The translations under genes were made by a program, and so were the position numbers. A stretch of 64,000 nt of DNA, taken from the NCBI GenBank assembly GCA_029953675.1, contig JAMWBK010000012.1, positions 434,001 through 498,000 on the forward strand, written 5' to 3'. Positions 20,857-32,371 of the stretch are shown here, one piece after another. Every line of letters begins with the position of its first letter. Position 1 is the first letter of the stretch. The DNA comes from Rhodosorus marinus CCMP1338 (lineage: Eukaryota; Plantae; Rhodophyta). The notes under the pieces were generated by a model that was not told where the DNA came from, searched no databases, and saw only the letters and a list, made by a program, of their open reading frames with translations.

Positions 20857-23316
20857 ATGAGATTCTTCAGGAGAGCGAGAGGCGAGGAGGAAATTGAGGA
20901 AGATAAGGTTGTGCATGCCGCGACTGCAGACCTGAATAGGGCTGGGGATACGGGCAGCAAGGTGTCTAACATGGAGAGTGGTAAGGAAAACTGCGCAGAT
21001 GAGAAGAACGGGGATGCTCGAGGGTCAAATTTGGACGCCGTGGTGGATATGGAAGACTTGAAAACGAATCACATCAAGGTGGAGTATGACGAGCTGCCAC
21101 AGAAGAACATTGGCCTTGAGGTCCGTGGTGCTAAGGATATCCAGAGGCTCGCTGAGGAAACGAACTTTGACGCACCAACTGACTCTGTTGTTATGCTTGA
21201 CGTTGAAGCCTCGAACCCGTCGACAGTTCTCGATGTTGCCATGAAAGGCCTCGTGGAGTACGCAGCGTTTCCTGCCAGCCTTGCCGGCGAGGCTAGGGCT
21301 AACCTCTTGATCCAGGACGTGGACAGGTCAGTTGACCAACTTCAAGGTGACAAATACGTGTCTGGAAAGGCTTCCACCGAATTCATGTGGCGTAGATACA
21401 TCCAAGGGAACGGTTTTATCGTCACCTACGGGCGTGTGTACGGACTCGACAGGAGACTTTCGGTGATACTGCGCTTAGTGAAACAGGAAAACTGTTCCAA
21501 GTTCGATCCATCCGCTCCTGCGTTCGTAGCAATAGCGATAGCTCCGACGATCGAGCAGAAGGCTACCAAAACTGAATATGAAGTAGCTCGGAACTTTGCC
21601 GCAATGCTCCAGGACGAGGAGTTCTACAAGGAAGCATATTCTGCTCCGAATGAAGAGCACGTGAGATCTGCGGCGGCCAACTATGTGGAAAAGAGGGTGG
21701 TTTACGAGGATGACATGTACGCAAACGGATTGAAAGGAGGAGATGTCGGATTTGAGGATATGAGGCGAACTGGAAAACTCTTTGGGGGTTTAATTGCGGA
21801 TATCAAGAGGAAATATAAGTGGTCTGTGTATAAATCGGATTGGACCGATGGAATGACGGAGTGGAGAAGTATTTTGAAGTATATCTCGACAACCGCATGG
21901 CTGTATTTTGCTGTTATAATGCCCGTCATCGCCTTTGGATCCCTCAACAATGTGAACACGCGGCAGCAAATTGGGGTTTCCGAAACTGTTCTCTCGCAGG
22001 CAATATGTGGTGGCCTCAGTGCTCTGTTTTCAGGCCAGCCCTTGGCAATATCAATGACCACGGGACCTGTGACTGTGTTTATCGGTATCCTCTTCTCGTG
22101 GTCGGAGGGACTGAGAATTCCTTTCCTTCCGTTGTACGCGTGGACGGGGATCTGGACAGCGATAATACTGACTCTGATTGTCATGTTCGACCTCATAGCT
22201 TACGTACGATTTGTGGGGCAGTTCACGGAAGAGATCTTCTCAATGCTCGTGGCGCTTATCTTCATTTCGAACTATATCCAACCGTTGGTGAACACTGCAT
22301 ACGAAGAGACTACGGACATATTTTTGCTATCTTTCCTCCTGGCCGCCGGGATGTACGTCATGTCTAGGTGGTTCAGTTTGTTTGAGCGAAGATACATATT
22401 GAATGGAATCACGAGGACGTTGCTGGCGGACTTTGGAATGCCTTTTTCCGTCCTTGTTTGGTCGGGAATAAGGCAAATCTTCACCAACGTAAATGTGGAA
22501 ATGCTTCAGGTTCCAGAGAGTGGTGGAATCGTCACAACCAACGGTCGTTCTTGGATTGTGCCTCTAGGCGATTTACCCGTTGGATGCGTATTTCTCGCCT
22601 TTGTTCCGGGCCTCCTCCTTGCTATGTTGTACTGTGTTGACCAAAATGTCGCTGTACTACTCACCAACAAGAAGGAGAACAAGCTTAATAAGGGCGTCGG
22701 ATACTTTCTGGACATGCAGGTGGTCGCTGTTTCCGTATTCGTTTGTTCACTTCTGGGTATACCATGGGCAAACGCGGCCATCCCACATTCACATCTTCAT
22801 GCAAGGATACTCTCGGAGAAAGAGGAGTACGAATCTCATGGCAGAGTCGAGTATAGGGTTGTCCAAGCCAGGGAGGTTCGGATCACCAATTTTTTGACGC
22901 ACGTTCTGATTTTTGCCTCCATGTTCCTTCTATTTATCGTGGGATATATTCCAACATCTGTGGTCTGGGGTTTCTTCCTGTACATTGGTGTGGCAACTTT
23001 GGATGGAAACCAAATGTTCGAGAGGCTACTTCTGGTATTCACCCAGCCTACAAAATATCCACCAAACCACTACGTGAGACGCGTTCCGATGATGCGCATA
23101 GTTCTGTACACTCTGATTCAGTATGCTCTGCTAGTCCTGCTTTGGTTCGTGAATGTGAACTTCTATTTGCCTCCGGGTGGCGTCTTTAACGCGGGGCTCT
23201 TATTTCCATTTGTTATCATATTGTTTGTGCCAATTCGAATGTTCTTGCTCCCAAAGATTTTCCTGCGCAAGGAACTCCACGCCCTGGAAATGGAAAAGGA
23301 AGACTTTAGCGACTAG
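20857..23316 (+). CDS. SLC4: SLC4/band-3-family anion (bicarbonate/borate) transporter; start uncertain (ATG 20857 or ~20971)
   Basis: GKLFGGLIADIKRKY...SDWTDG, AFGSLN, ALFSGQPLAI, TGPV, FTEEIFS, DQN, KGVGYFLD, HLHA, VREVRITN, FLYIGV, NQMFER; many TM segments; intronless. Confidence 0.93.
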   Translation: MRFFRRARGEEEIEEDKVVHAATADLNRAGDTGSKVSNMESGKENCADEKNGDARGSNLDAVVDMEDLKTNHIKVEYDELPQKNIGLEVRGAKDIQRLAEETNFDAPTDSVVMLDVEASNPSTVLDVAMKGLVEYAAFPASLAGEARANLLIQDVDRSVDQLQGDKYVSGKASTEFMWRRYIQGNGFIVTYGRVYGLDRRLSVILRLVKQENCSKFDPSAPAFVAIAIAPTIEQKATKTEYEVARNFAAMLQDEEFYKEAYSAPNEEHVRSAAANYVEKRVVYEDDMYANGLKGGDVGFEDMRRTGKLFGGLIADIKRKYKWSVYKSDWTDGMTEWRSILKYISTTAWLYFAVIMPVIAFGSLNNVNTRQQIGVSETVLSQAICGGLSALFSGQPLAISMTTGPVTVFIGILFSWSEGLRIPFLPLYAWTGIWTAIILTLIVMFDLIAYVRFVGQFTEEIFSMLVALIFISNYIQPLVNTAYEETTDIFLLSFLLAAGMYVMSRWFSLFERRYILNGITRTLLADFGMPFSVLVWSGIRQIFTNVNVEMLQVPESGGIVTTNGRSWIVPLGDLPVGCVFLAFVPGLLLAMLYCVDQNVAVLLTNKKENKLNKGVGYFLDMQVVAVSVFVCSLLGIPWANAAIPHSHLHARILSEKEEYESHGRVEYRVVQAREVRITNFLTHVLIFASMFLLFIVGYIPTSVVWGFFLYIGVATLDGNQMFERLLLVFTQPTKYPPNHYVRRVPMMRIVLYTLIQYALLVLLWFVNVNFYLPPGGVFNAGLLFPFVIILFVPIRMFLLPKIFLRKELHALEMEKEDFSD

Positions 23317-24140
23317 ATGCAATTGAGCGGCTTCCTCACGGTATGCTGCAGTCGTTGAGGTTAGGGGGTTTAGAGTACGCGAATTTCCACACTGTTATTA
23401 TTCCCTCGGTTTTATTTTTTCAGTCTCCGAATAAACACGTTCAGGGATTATTGAATGAATGGGTTATAATATTGGGGTGATTAATATACAAAGCTATGAA
23501 ATCATAGTTTTTTACCCAGGACTAAATTTTCTTTGCCAACGTCACCCTCATCATCCTAAAACACTAGCTTTATGAGCCTGAAAACCTCCAGACGGGATTT
23601 CGAATCTGTTGCCCACCTCCGGTAACCCTCGTGCGACTCCAGGCCGTGGATTTCATGAATGCCTGCAGGATCAAACCGTCCCCAGCATCTCCCTCTATGC
23701 TTGCTTCTTTCACCAGCACTCTAACCACCGGTCCTCTTTACAGCTCAAGCGTGAGCTGAGCCCGTAGCTAGTGAACCAGATGTGTGAGTGTCGTAGATCC
23801 AATCGTTCTACGCTTATTCCGAACCAGCCGCACTTGATAGCTTCTACGACCACTATCTATAGAAAAACCACCACCACATATACAATTCCAGTCACCCTGA
23901 GATCTTTGGACTTAGGCAAAACGTTCATGCAGATGCAAGCGTGCAAAAAAATCTATGCATACACAAGCGTGGTCCGAAATAATCTAGTAGCTGACAAACT
24001 ACGAATCACTACAGGCGATTGCAGTGGCTCTCGGTTAGTAACCCAGTCCGCCACCAACTCCGACTGGCACAGAACCCCTTTCTAAGTTCAGTCAATATAA
24101 ATATCTTGATTGTCAACTGTCCTTTTCGATTGACGCATGA

Positions 24141-24158
24141 CGAACGAACGACGAACGA
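24141..24158 (-). mobile_element. Family B (TTCG)n tail-only insertion (18 nt)
   Basis: Flanked by atga (24137-24140 and 24159-24162); the paralogous sequence at ~47557-47640 lacks it. Confidence 0.7.
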
Positions 24159-24384
24159 ATGAGGGTCCCCCGGATTTGGACTTGTTCGATTGGTTTGTAC
24201 AAGAACCCCTCTGAATACAGATGGCATTCCTGTGCAGCTTTAGGAGCATTCGATAGGTGAGCTGATCACCTGCAACCTTCTAAGATTTTGTTCGTGGTAG
24301 AGTTCTTACAGACAGTCCGATAACGTTTATCGGACGCGCGTCCGATAAGGTTTTCAAGTGCATGGACTATTGACTTCGCCGTGT

Positions 24385-24610
24385 GAGGGAACGACTGTAC
24401 GCCGAGAGCATGGCCAGTCTTCCCCGGGAAGAGGGCCGGGATCACACGTTCGAGCCTTTCCTAGTGGAAAGCTTTAGGCATGTGGAAAATCGATTTTTCC
24501 ATCGTCGCCTGGGCTTACATGCTCTTCTCCCTAGTCCCTAGTTTCCTTTCCGTGTTGCGCAGCGCATCAGATTACGTTTGTAAAATCACCACTATTGACA
24601 ACCAGTAGCA
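24385..24610 (+). mobile_element. Old family A 3' fragment with internal deletion
   Basis: YAESMASLP...FEPFLVESF, then the 3' UTR and gtaaaatcacc tail. Confidence 0.7.
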
Positions 24611-24825
24611 AGATATGGGGGGGGTGATTGACATTATTTAAGAAACATGTCCGGTTGCCCCTTCCGATAAACGGGTCCGACAAACCGTCGAATATTACTA
24701 CTCCTTCCAGGAGAAGCTCTCTCTCATATCGTGAATCATCAGTGTTTATAGAATGAGAAGATGACAGTATGATAGAATGAATCAAGATTGCTTCTGAAAT
24801 CACAAGCTGTCGTAGCATGGTTAAG

Positions 24826-25420
24826 GCGGTTGGTGGTGGTTTTACTGGTGGTTTTACAAACATAGCCTGAAGCGCTATGCAGTACGTGAAAAGGAATTAG
24901 GAGCTAGGGAGAAAAGCGTGCAATGGCGCAGCTCGGCGAGCATAATGCTAGAACATCGCCCGAGAGCGACACTTAACCGGCACAGGAGTCCCAGATATAC
25001 AACAGGATGGCCAGTAAAACATTTTCGCAGCCACTCCAAGCTGGACTTTCCAGATGCACAAAGCCTTCCACAATGAAAGGGGTTGTCGCCTGACCTGCTA
25101 CGCATGACGTGAAAGGGAAATAGGAGCTAAGGAGAAAAGAGTGCAAATTCAGGCGGCCATGGCGCAGCTCGGCAAGAGCGCGGCTAGAATATCACCACAG
25201 AGCGCCACTTAAACGGCGTAGTGCCAGCTACTCAACAAGATGGTCAGCAAAGCATTTTCGCATCCACTTCAACCTGGACTTTCCAGATCCACAAAGCTCT
25301 CCACAATGAAAGGCTGGAACCTGTGAGAACGGCCCTCTGCCCAGCGGGGACTGGCATAGATCCATCTCATCTGACTGAAGCAAACCAGCGACCCTCGGGT
25401 AGGTGGTAAGGACTTGGAGT
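24826..25420 (-). mobile_element. Two tandem old family A 3' fragments
   Basis: Two successive 3' UTR-like units (~24860 and ~25100) with GKSSLEWLRKCF-like coding remnants. Confidence 0.7.
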
Positions 25421-25514
25421 AGAACAAGCACATTCCGCGAGGGAGGACAGCAATCGGTCGTTATCGAACCATTTTTCCCTCGAAGGTTTTTACTTCTTTT
25501 CTACCCAGGTTCGA

Positions 25515-25554
25515 TATGCTAGTAAAGCACATAGTAAAGTCCAGTAAAGCACAT
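25515..25554 (+). mobile_element. Family A tail-only insertion with a target-derived repeat unit
   Basis: tatgct agtaaagcacat agtaaagtcc agtaaagcacat. Confidence 0.7.
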
Positions 25555-25907
25555 TGCTGCGCTTTACTACTTAAATAGCTAGTGGAGAATTTGTGAATAG
25601 TTGGACTACGAGGGTGGAATTTTGCTTGATATCAAAGACATACAAGTCGTTGTGTGCGTTGTGTACGAGAAGAAGCCCGGGCAGCGATGGATATAGGGCA
25701 AGGAGAAACCCCGGGCCCTCAAAACCTCACCACTGCGAGTTCTACGAAAAGTACCAATGGGACTGTGACGGAAGGAGGCCGGCAGGCTGTACAAGAGAGG
25801 GCCACGGTACCTGTACCCCTTTCTTCTGAGCAAAGCACCAACCTAGCCGCTACTACGCGCCACGGGGACTGTTTGATGCCCAAACTTTCCTCGCCCGGTG
25901 CTCCGCA

Positions 25908-27068
25908 ATGACGACAGCTTACCTGCAACTGGATACTCCCCAAGCCGAGATCAGTCGGTTTTTCCACCTTGTGGAAGACCTCTACACTCACGCAACTCGA
26001 AAGGAAGAGTTGCAGAACCTGAACGCCAGACTCCATGACCTCTGCCGCCTGTCAACCCGTAATGCCCCGTGCCAGAGTATGCCACGACGCACACACCCCG
26101 ACGCACCGCCACCGGCCGCCGACTTGAGATTCGCCCCAAGACTTGACAATCAACATAACGATAATGACTGCGCAAACAATCAACTTACTAATGCTGACTT
26201 CCCAGCGCTAATGGTCGATGGGCCTCAGCTGCGTCGTTCGACCGGCAGCTACGCCCAGGCGGCTCGAGCTGCCCCCTCTGTGCTTCCTACTCGGCGTGCT
26301 CCTGCTTATTCACCCGCTAATGACCTAACGCAGCAGCAAGGTCTGAGGCATCTACATGCAGCAGTCGGTGCTACTACATGGACGCTTGATACCACACCGG
26401 TGTTTGGCACGTTTACCAACCTCCGGCCTCCCCGCGCAGATCCTACGTCGCCAAGGGACTTGTCCGCCTATCTAGAAAGAGCTCTTGGGCTGAATTCCCA
26501 ACAGCTCGTGCATGTGGACTACATCTCGGCACATGTGTTCGCGGTTCTACACCCTGATGCTGTTCCCCTCGTGCAGAGTGCCATCGACAGGGGTGTCTTT
26601 CGTAAAGGCATGTTCGCTGCCTACGCCAGTCGCTCTGCCCAGTCCCAGATCACGTTTGATACCACTCGGACCCCGAAAGTCTCTCTCCTTGTAGGCTTCA
26701 CGGAGAGCCGCGGTTTGACAGCGAATGAATGCTCGAAACTCGCGTTACGACGCGCCGAAGAACAAATGGACAGGCTGCGGAGTCAAATCTCCAGGAGGCC
26801 AGTCGGCTTCCGGATCATGAACCTCGTTTTTCAAGCTATCGATGCTCGCTTGGAGTATTTACGAGGCTTGGACACAACCAATCCTACCACGAGTCCTGTT
26901 GATGACGCCGCTGGGACCGGGAGCGAGGAGCTCGATGGGTCTCCTTCTCCACACCTGGCTACGGAAGGTGATTCATTGCATGTCTCAGATGCTGGGGTTT
27001 CGTCCACGGGTCCTCCAGACGCGCAGGTAGACAGTACAACGGACGTTCGCCAAGGTGCAGCTCCATAG
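25908..27068 (+). CDS. Family C ORF1 (386 aa as read; true C-terminus may extend to 27238)
   Basis: Long ORF upstream of the RT ORF; SYAQAARAAP motif echoes SYASVLRKG of A ORF1. Confidence 0.7.
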   Translation: MTTAYLQLDTPQAEISRFFHLVEDLYTHATRKEELQNLNARLHDLCRLSTRNAPCQSMPRRTHPDAPPPAADLRFAPRLDNQHNDNDCANNQLTNADFPALMVDGPQLRRSTGSYAQAARAAPSVLPTRRAPAYSPANDLTQQQGLRHLHAAVGATTWTLDTTPVFGTFTNLRPPRADPTSPRDLSAYLERALGLNSQQLVHVDYISAHVFAVLHPDAVPLVQSAIDRGVFRKGMFAAYASRSAQSQITFDTTRTPKVSLLVGFTESRGLTANECSKLALRRAEEQMDRLRSQISRRPVGFRIMNLVFQAIDARLEYLRGLDTTNPTTSPVDDAAGTGSEELDGSPSPHLATEGDSLHVSDAGVSSTGPPDAQVDSTTDVRQGAAP

Positions 27069-27234
27069 ACAACTCGTCACCGGACCCCTTCTTCGCCACC
27101 GTCCACCTCTGAGCCCTTGACTCCGCGAGTGCACCTGAACCTGGTCGGCAGATACCTGAGGATGAGAGCGAGAGCCCGCAAAGCAAGAAACCCCGTGTTA
27201 CGATTGCTGAACAAGAGGACCTTTCTCACCAAGC

Positions 27235-30200
27235 ATGACTGGGCGTCGTCCAAGTTCCAGTTCCCGCACGCGTAAGAGAGTCCGCCACCCGCAGCTGTTC
27301 TACATGGACGTGGACCGCTGGGTTACTCGGCTTGACCTGTTCCTGCAAACCCACACCGAGAATGGCACCCTTTGGTGGGCTTTGACTCACTCCCCTACGA
27401 ATACGCGAGAACACGTCCCTTCGGGACAAGTCCCAGCATGGAGCGCGCTTTTCAAATATGCCCTGGAAGTGGCCCTGGATGGCAGCGCCCCGGACCTCCG
27501 CCGCCTTTTTGTCCAGGTACTGCCTAGTCTGATCCTGGGATATGCTCGTGATCTTACCATGCCTGCCCAAGTCGAGATGCTGCTTGAGGGCGACTTCGAA
27601 CCCTTGTGGCGTGCAATTTCTGCTACTCGTCAGCGCACAACTGCCGCTTCTTCTGCAACTCGTACTCCGCGCTCGCCGTTTTCCTCCCGTCGTGTCCTCC
27701 ATAAGGCGAAAAATCGCCGCCTCTCTCAAGCAGCACAGCACATCCTTTCGACCCCGCTTGCCCCGAGAACTCAACAAACCTGGGAGGTCCTCGAAGCGAT
27801 GTTCCCGGACCTTCCCGACGCGGTCCTACATCCCCAACTGGAGGAGTGTTTGTCGGCCAGTCTCCATGCTTCTGCACCTCGGCCGAGTCCCTTATGGGAA
27901 GCTCGGCTGGCTTCGGATGAATCGATACTTGTACTTTTACAACGACTCCCCGCTGGTATAAGCCCTGGCCCGAGTGGCCTTCGGGTAGAGCACCTGCAGG
28001 CTCTCGAACACCATGTCCGCCCAGCCCTAGTCCGGTTCCTTCGAATGATTAGCACGGACCCCGAGACTCTGCCAGAGATCCTACTCCACAGCCTCCGGAG
28101 TAGTCGTATCGTGCCTCTGGCTAAGAACCCCACCTCGGAGCCGGGGACTTCTTCACCCCGCCTACGCCCCATTGGCATTCCCGAGGTGCTGCGCAAGGTT
28201 GCTTCACAATGGGTCTTACAACACGTCGTGCCCCGCGCTCGTGATTTCCTGCTGCCTACTCAACTCGGTGTTGGCGTCTCCGGGGGCTGTGAAGCAGTCC
28301 TCCACACGCTCCAGGCTCATCTACACTATGAACCTGACCACATTCTACTGAAACTCGAACTGGAGAACGCGTTTAACCGCATCGATCGCCGTCTGGCGAA
28401 ACGCATTATCGAAGCGCGCTTTCCGGAGTTGCTCCCCCTCTATGTGCTCGGGTATGGTCCTGATTCCGCGGATGGTTCGTACCACTTCGGCTGGCTTCCT
28501 GACGACAGCTCCCCTTCTTCCGCTCGAGACGGCTTCTTCCTCCGATCGCGTACTGGCGTTCAACAAGGGGATCCTCTCGCACCGGCGCTGCATGCCCTGG
28601 CCCTTTCGCCTTTTCTTATGGCGATGCGCACTCTCTTTCCCCGCATCACGGTGCTCGCGCTCCATGACGACATTAGCTTGGCGGGCCCCTACTACGATAT
28701 TCACGAGGCATTTCAGTGGAGTCAACGAGTTTTAAGCTCGCTCGGCGCGAGACTGCAACCGGATAAATGCGTCCTCTTTGGCCATCGGATTGACTCGCCA
28801 AGGCTTGTCAACCACGACTTCCCCGAAGTTCACGTTACGCGGCACGGCGTCATGCTGCACTCTGTTCCAGTAGGCACCCGGGCCTTTGTCATCGGAGCCT
28901 GCCGAAAGCTGCAAAACACACACGCCAAGCTTGTCAAAGGGATTCAGAAACTCCCCGAAGGCGAGTTGCAGACGAAGTTGGCGCTCTTCCGCTACTGTGC
29001 TGGTCCGCGGTTAGGCTATCATCTCCGCTGCCGGGCTCTTCCTTTTGGCGCGCTTCTTGCTACTGAGGCGGACACCATCACAATGCACGAGTTGGATACG
29101 TTGTGCGGAAGTCTGCTTCTTCTCCAAGGGCTTCCACGGGAGGAGTTGGAGACCGTGAAAGCCCAAATTCGCTTACCTGGCAAGTGGGGTGGCCTTGGCC
29201 TGGCTACGCGCGTTCGTATTCACCCGATTGCTTTTTATTCCGCTTGGACTCGCACGCGTCAGACTAACGCCGCTGACAATACCTTTCTGAGACGTCTGGG
29301 TACGGCGTGCCGCGGGACCGATCCCAATGCCGAACCTATTCTCGAGGATCTCTCCAGCTCAACGGATCTTCTGGACCAGCAGCTCTCGCTCGCTAGCCGC
29401 TGGACCACTTCTCGCCTCAGCTCCCGCACTTCTGCTCGTATTCGCGCCCTCGCTCTTTGGTCCAAGGCGCTTCCAACAGATGATGCCGCTCCAGCTTCCA
29501 TCAATCCTCCGCTCGCAGGTCCTCTACCACAAATATTCTCTCAGGAGAGTCACCGTAGAGCGTTTGAGGATATCGTGGATGATTCCGCGCTCGACGATTG
29601 CACTCGTGCTCGTGTCCGCTCTGCTTCTGGTGCTGGCGCTGGTGGCTGGCTTCGGGACCTCCCTAGCACAGGGTCTGAACCCCTTTCCACCGAAGAAATC
29701 CGATGCAGTTTACGCTTGCTTTTGGGGCTCCCGGTACCTGGTCTCCGCACTACCCCTGAATGCACAGTCTGTGGCAAAGCACACGCTGCGGATGGGACCC
29801 AACGTCTTTTTCACTGTTCCACTTCGGCTGGGAATAGGACTCTGCGCCATAATCGGATTCGTGATGAGCTCGTGAGTCACCTTCGGCGGTGGCACCTTCC
29901 GGATGTTCAGGTTGAGCCTTATGGGTTTTTTGAGGGTAGTCGTCTCCGCCCTGACATAGTCGTCCGTCATCACCGCACGGGTAAGCAGTACGTTATCGAT
30001 GTCAAGGTGGAATCCCCATGGCCCATCTCCTCGCTCGCGCCGCATGTCAATCGGGTTATGCCGCCGCCAATGCTGAAGCCGGGAAACGAGCCAAGTATCG
30101 GGATGCCATCGGTGACCACAATGATTTCCACTTTGTACCCTTCGCCATCGAAGGTTTTGGACGACTTGGCCAAGCGGCCCAAGACTTCATTACAGAAATT

Positions 30201-30380
30201 ACTGATCATCTTGAGCACAAAGCGGACGCGCAAACGCTCGTGCGGGTGGACCTTAATCGCGAGCTATGGCGTGGTACGGCTCGCCTGGCGATCCATGCCA
30301 TGCGCAAAGATAATCATTTTCGGACGATGTTCCCTATAGAAACTAGTCTTCTACCCCGCTCTGGGGTCTCCTTAGCCTAG
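27235..30380 (+). CDS. Family C ORF2: RT + Zn-knuckle-like + RLE; one single-base frameshift (1048 aa if repaired)
   Basis: LRPIG, QLGVGVSGGCE, ENAFNRIDR, GVQQGDP, LHDD, CTVC, RTLRH, RPDI...IDV, FVPFAIEGFG. Frameshift at C4 run 30014-30017. Confidence 0.9.
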
Positions 30381-30450
30381 CCCCTCCTGTTTTTCTCTCG
30401 TCCCTCTAGCGCTACATTCGGTAGTTGAAGTAAATGAAAGAGTAAAGTCC

Positions 30451-31037
30451 GAGGCGTCACACTCGCCTCAAGTACATCCTCAGCGAATTTTTGACTCGGA
30501 TAGGGCATACGGTTGAGGTTGAGTCGGAACTGCCCAGATCAATCTCGGACTCTGCACCGCCCCGTTGTATAGGCGATCTCCTCGTCTCCGACGCTGCTGC
30601 CAGACACTCAACATATGTGGACCTTGCGATTACCTGCCCCGTGGCCAGCGCCTACCTCACCGCAGCCGCCCGCCGCCGGGGGGGCCGCGGCTTCAGCCCT
30701 TCGAAGAGTTAAGGAACGACGGTATGCTGAGAGCATGGCCAGTCTGCCTTGCGCTGAGGGTCGCTCTCACCGGTTCCAGCCATTCATTGTGGAAAGCTTT
30801 GGTCACGTCGATTAGTCGGGTTTAGAGTGTTGCGGAAATGTTTTGCCGAGCATCCTACTGAATATTTGGCGCTCTTGAGGCGTTTAAGTGTCTCCCTTTG
30901 GCGATATTCCAGCGACATGCTTTCCGAGGCGCGCCATCGGCGCCTGGGGTTGCATGCTTCCCTCCCTAGTTATTAGTTCATCTTCACTCCTTGCGTAGCG
31001 CTTCAGGCTATGCTAGTAAAGTCCAGTAAAGTCCAGT
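30451..31037 (+). mobile_element. Young family A 3' fragment attached directly to the family C 3' end
   Basis: Near-identical to 4467-5050; agtaaagtcc on both sides. Confidence 0.92.
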
Positions 31038-31169
31038 ATAGGATGGAAATCCGCCGTAAAGGGCACTTTTTTATGGGTTTGATAAATGTTCCTCAGACCG
31101 TTCGATATTCGTCTGACGCCACTGGACTTCTTGTATTATCGGAAAGAGATGACAACCCGCTTCCAACCG

Positions 31170-31510
31170 GATTGTGGCGTATGAACGCTGCTTTATGTTG
31201 GAGGCGTGCGACCCGCGCATAGTCTTTCTTTCCGCTCCGGAGTTTATTCTTTCAGTCTCTGTTCAGGCAAATTCATTCGTTTCACCCTGGTCATTGAGTG
31301 CTTTGGGTTTATGGATTCCGTTGGTTCTCGTTGGCTTCGGGAGTTGGGTCCGCGAACGTCCTGATCGTCTCTCCTCGTTGTTTACCCGTTCAAGTTTCTT
31401 GCTGTGGCGTAGGAACGCAGCTTTCATGTTGGAGGCGCGAGATCTTCGCCACCCGTAGTCATTTTCTTCCTCTCGGGGTTGCCTTTCTTCCAGTCCCGGA
31501 TTTAACAAAG
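31170..31510 (+). mobile_element. Two tandem older family B' 3' fragments
   Basis: LWRMNAALMLEA-like ends occur twice, each followed by a U-rich UTR. Confidence 0.75.
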
Positions 31511-31804
31511 GCACGCAGTAGCCAACGCACAATATACGCTGGTCGCACATTTTAAAAACCTTCAGACCGTTCCCATCGGCTTTCGTTGCCAACGGGTTTT
31601 TAGTTTTCTGCTTACCATTTTGCGGACTCTCAGCAAATGTGTTTATTCCGAGACAGGAAGAAAATCATGTTTTTGTCGCTTTTTATTTTTTGTACTTTTG
31701 TATTTCCCTTCAATACTTTCTAGCTATATCACTTTGGCAGGGGTTCCGCCCGTCAACTTAGCGCGATGCAATTTCCATGCTCCCGCTCGCAGATGCCACT
31801 AGAA

Positions 31805-32371
31805 TCAGTTGCACAAATAAGCTATAGGGCAGATTTGTCGGAATGGTTTCTTCGCATCGGGCGTTCTGCAGCGAGGGTGTTTCATATACACTCGCTCAGG
31901 CGGCCCACCTCTCACACTGACCACGGCAAATGCGTATAGATCGAACTCTCTGCGGTTACCACAGCACGATGCGAGCTGTTGCACCTTGATCCTTCCGGGA
32001 CAAATGGCTATATCGGCAGTGTGAATCGTCTTTCCCTCGATCTGAGAAACATGCTTCTTCCGTGGAAATCTGTCCTTGCCAGTAGGCGTTCTCCCATCTG
32101 AAACAGGGAAGAGTCCTGCCCTGAGCTTCAGAAGACCGACCTCTTCCAAAGTTGTAAATGTCCCTACATAACAGTTTCTGTTCGGTCGGCTTGTGTCCAT
32201 ATACCACGATATCCTCCCGCGTAGTAGCCCGTCAGCGTCCACGAGCTCCATGCCCCAGATACTGGCAAAAAATTTCTTGAACCTGGGCTCATCAGAGCAT
32301 GGAAGTAGTTCGGAACTGACAAGACCCAGCAGCGCTAGGTTGAACACAACGAACGTGACGGCTCTCACCAT
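31805..32371 (-). CDS. Secreted Cys-containing hypothetical protein (188 aa from second ATG), weakly CHRD-like
   Basis: Signal-like MVRAVTFVVFNLALLGLVSS; uninterrupted ORF. The domain call is only a resemblance. Confidence 0.65.
   Translation of the reverse strand: MVRAVTFVVFNLALLGLVSSELLPCSDEPRFKKFFASIWGMELVDADGLLRGRISWYMDTSRPNRNCYVGTFTTLEEVGLLKLRAGLFPVSDGRTPTGKDRFPRKKHVSQIEGKTIHTADIAICPGRIKVQQLASCCGNRREFDLYAFAVVSVRGGPPERVYMKHPRCRTPDAKKPFRQICPIAYLCN

Larger units (their letters stand above)
25560..30440 (+). mobile_element. Near-full-length family C non-LTR retrotransposon (ORF1 + RT/RLE ORF2); 5' boundary approximate
   Basis: Two long ORFs in tandem; 3' hairpin gctac-attcg-gtagt (30411-30425); decayed relatives at 13120 and 36340. 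Confidence 0.88.
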
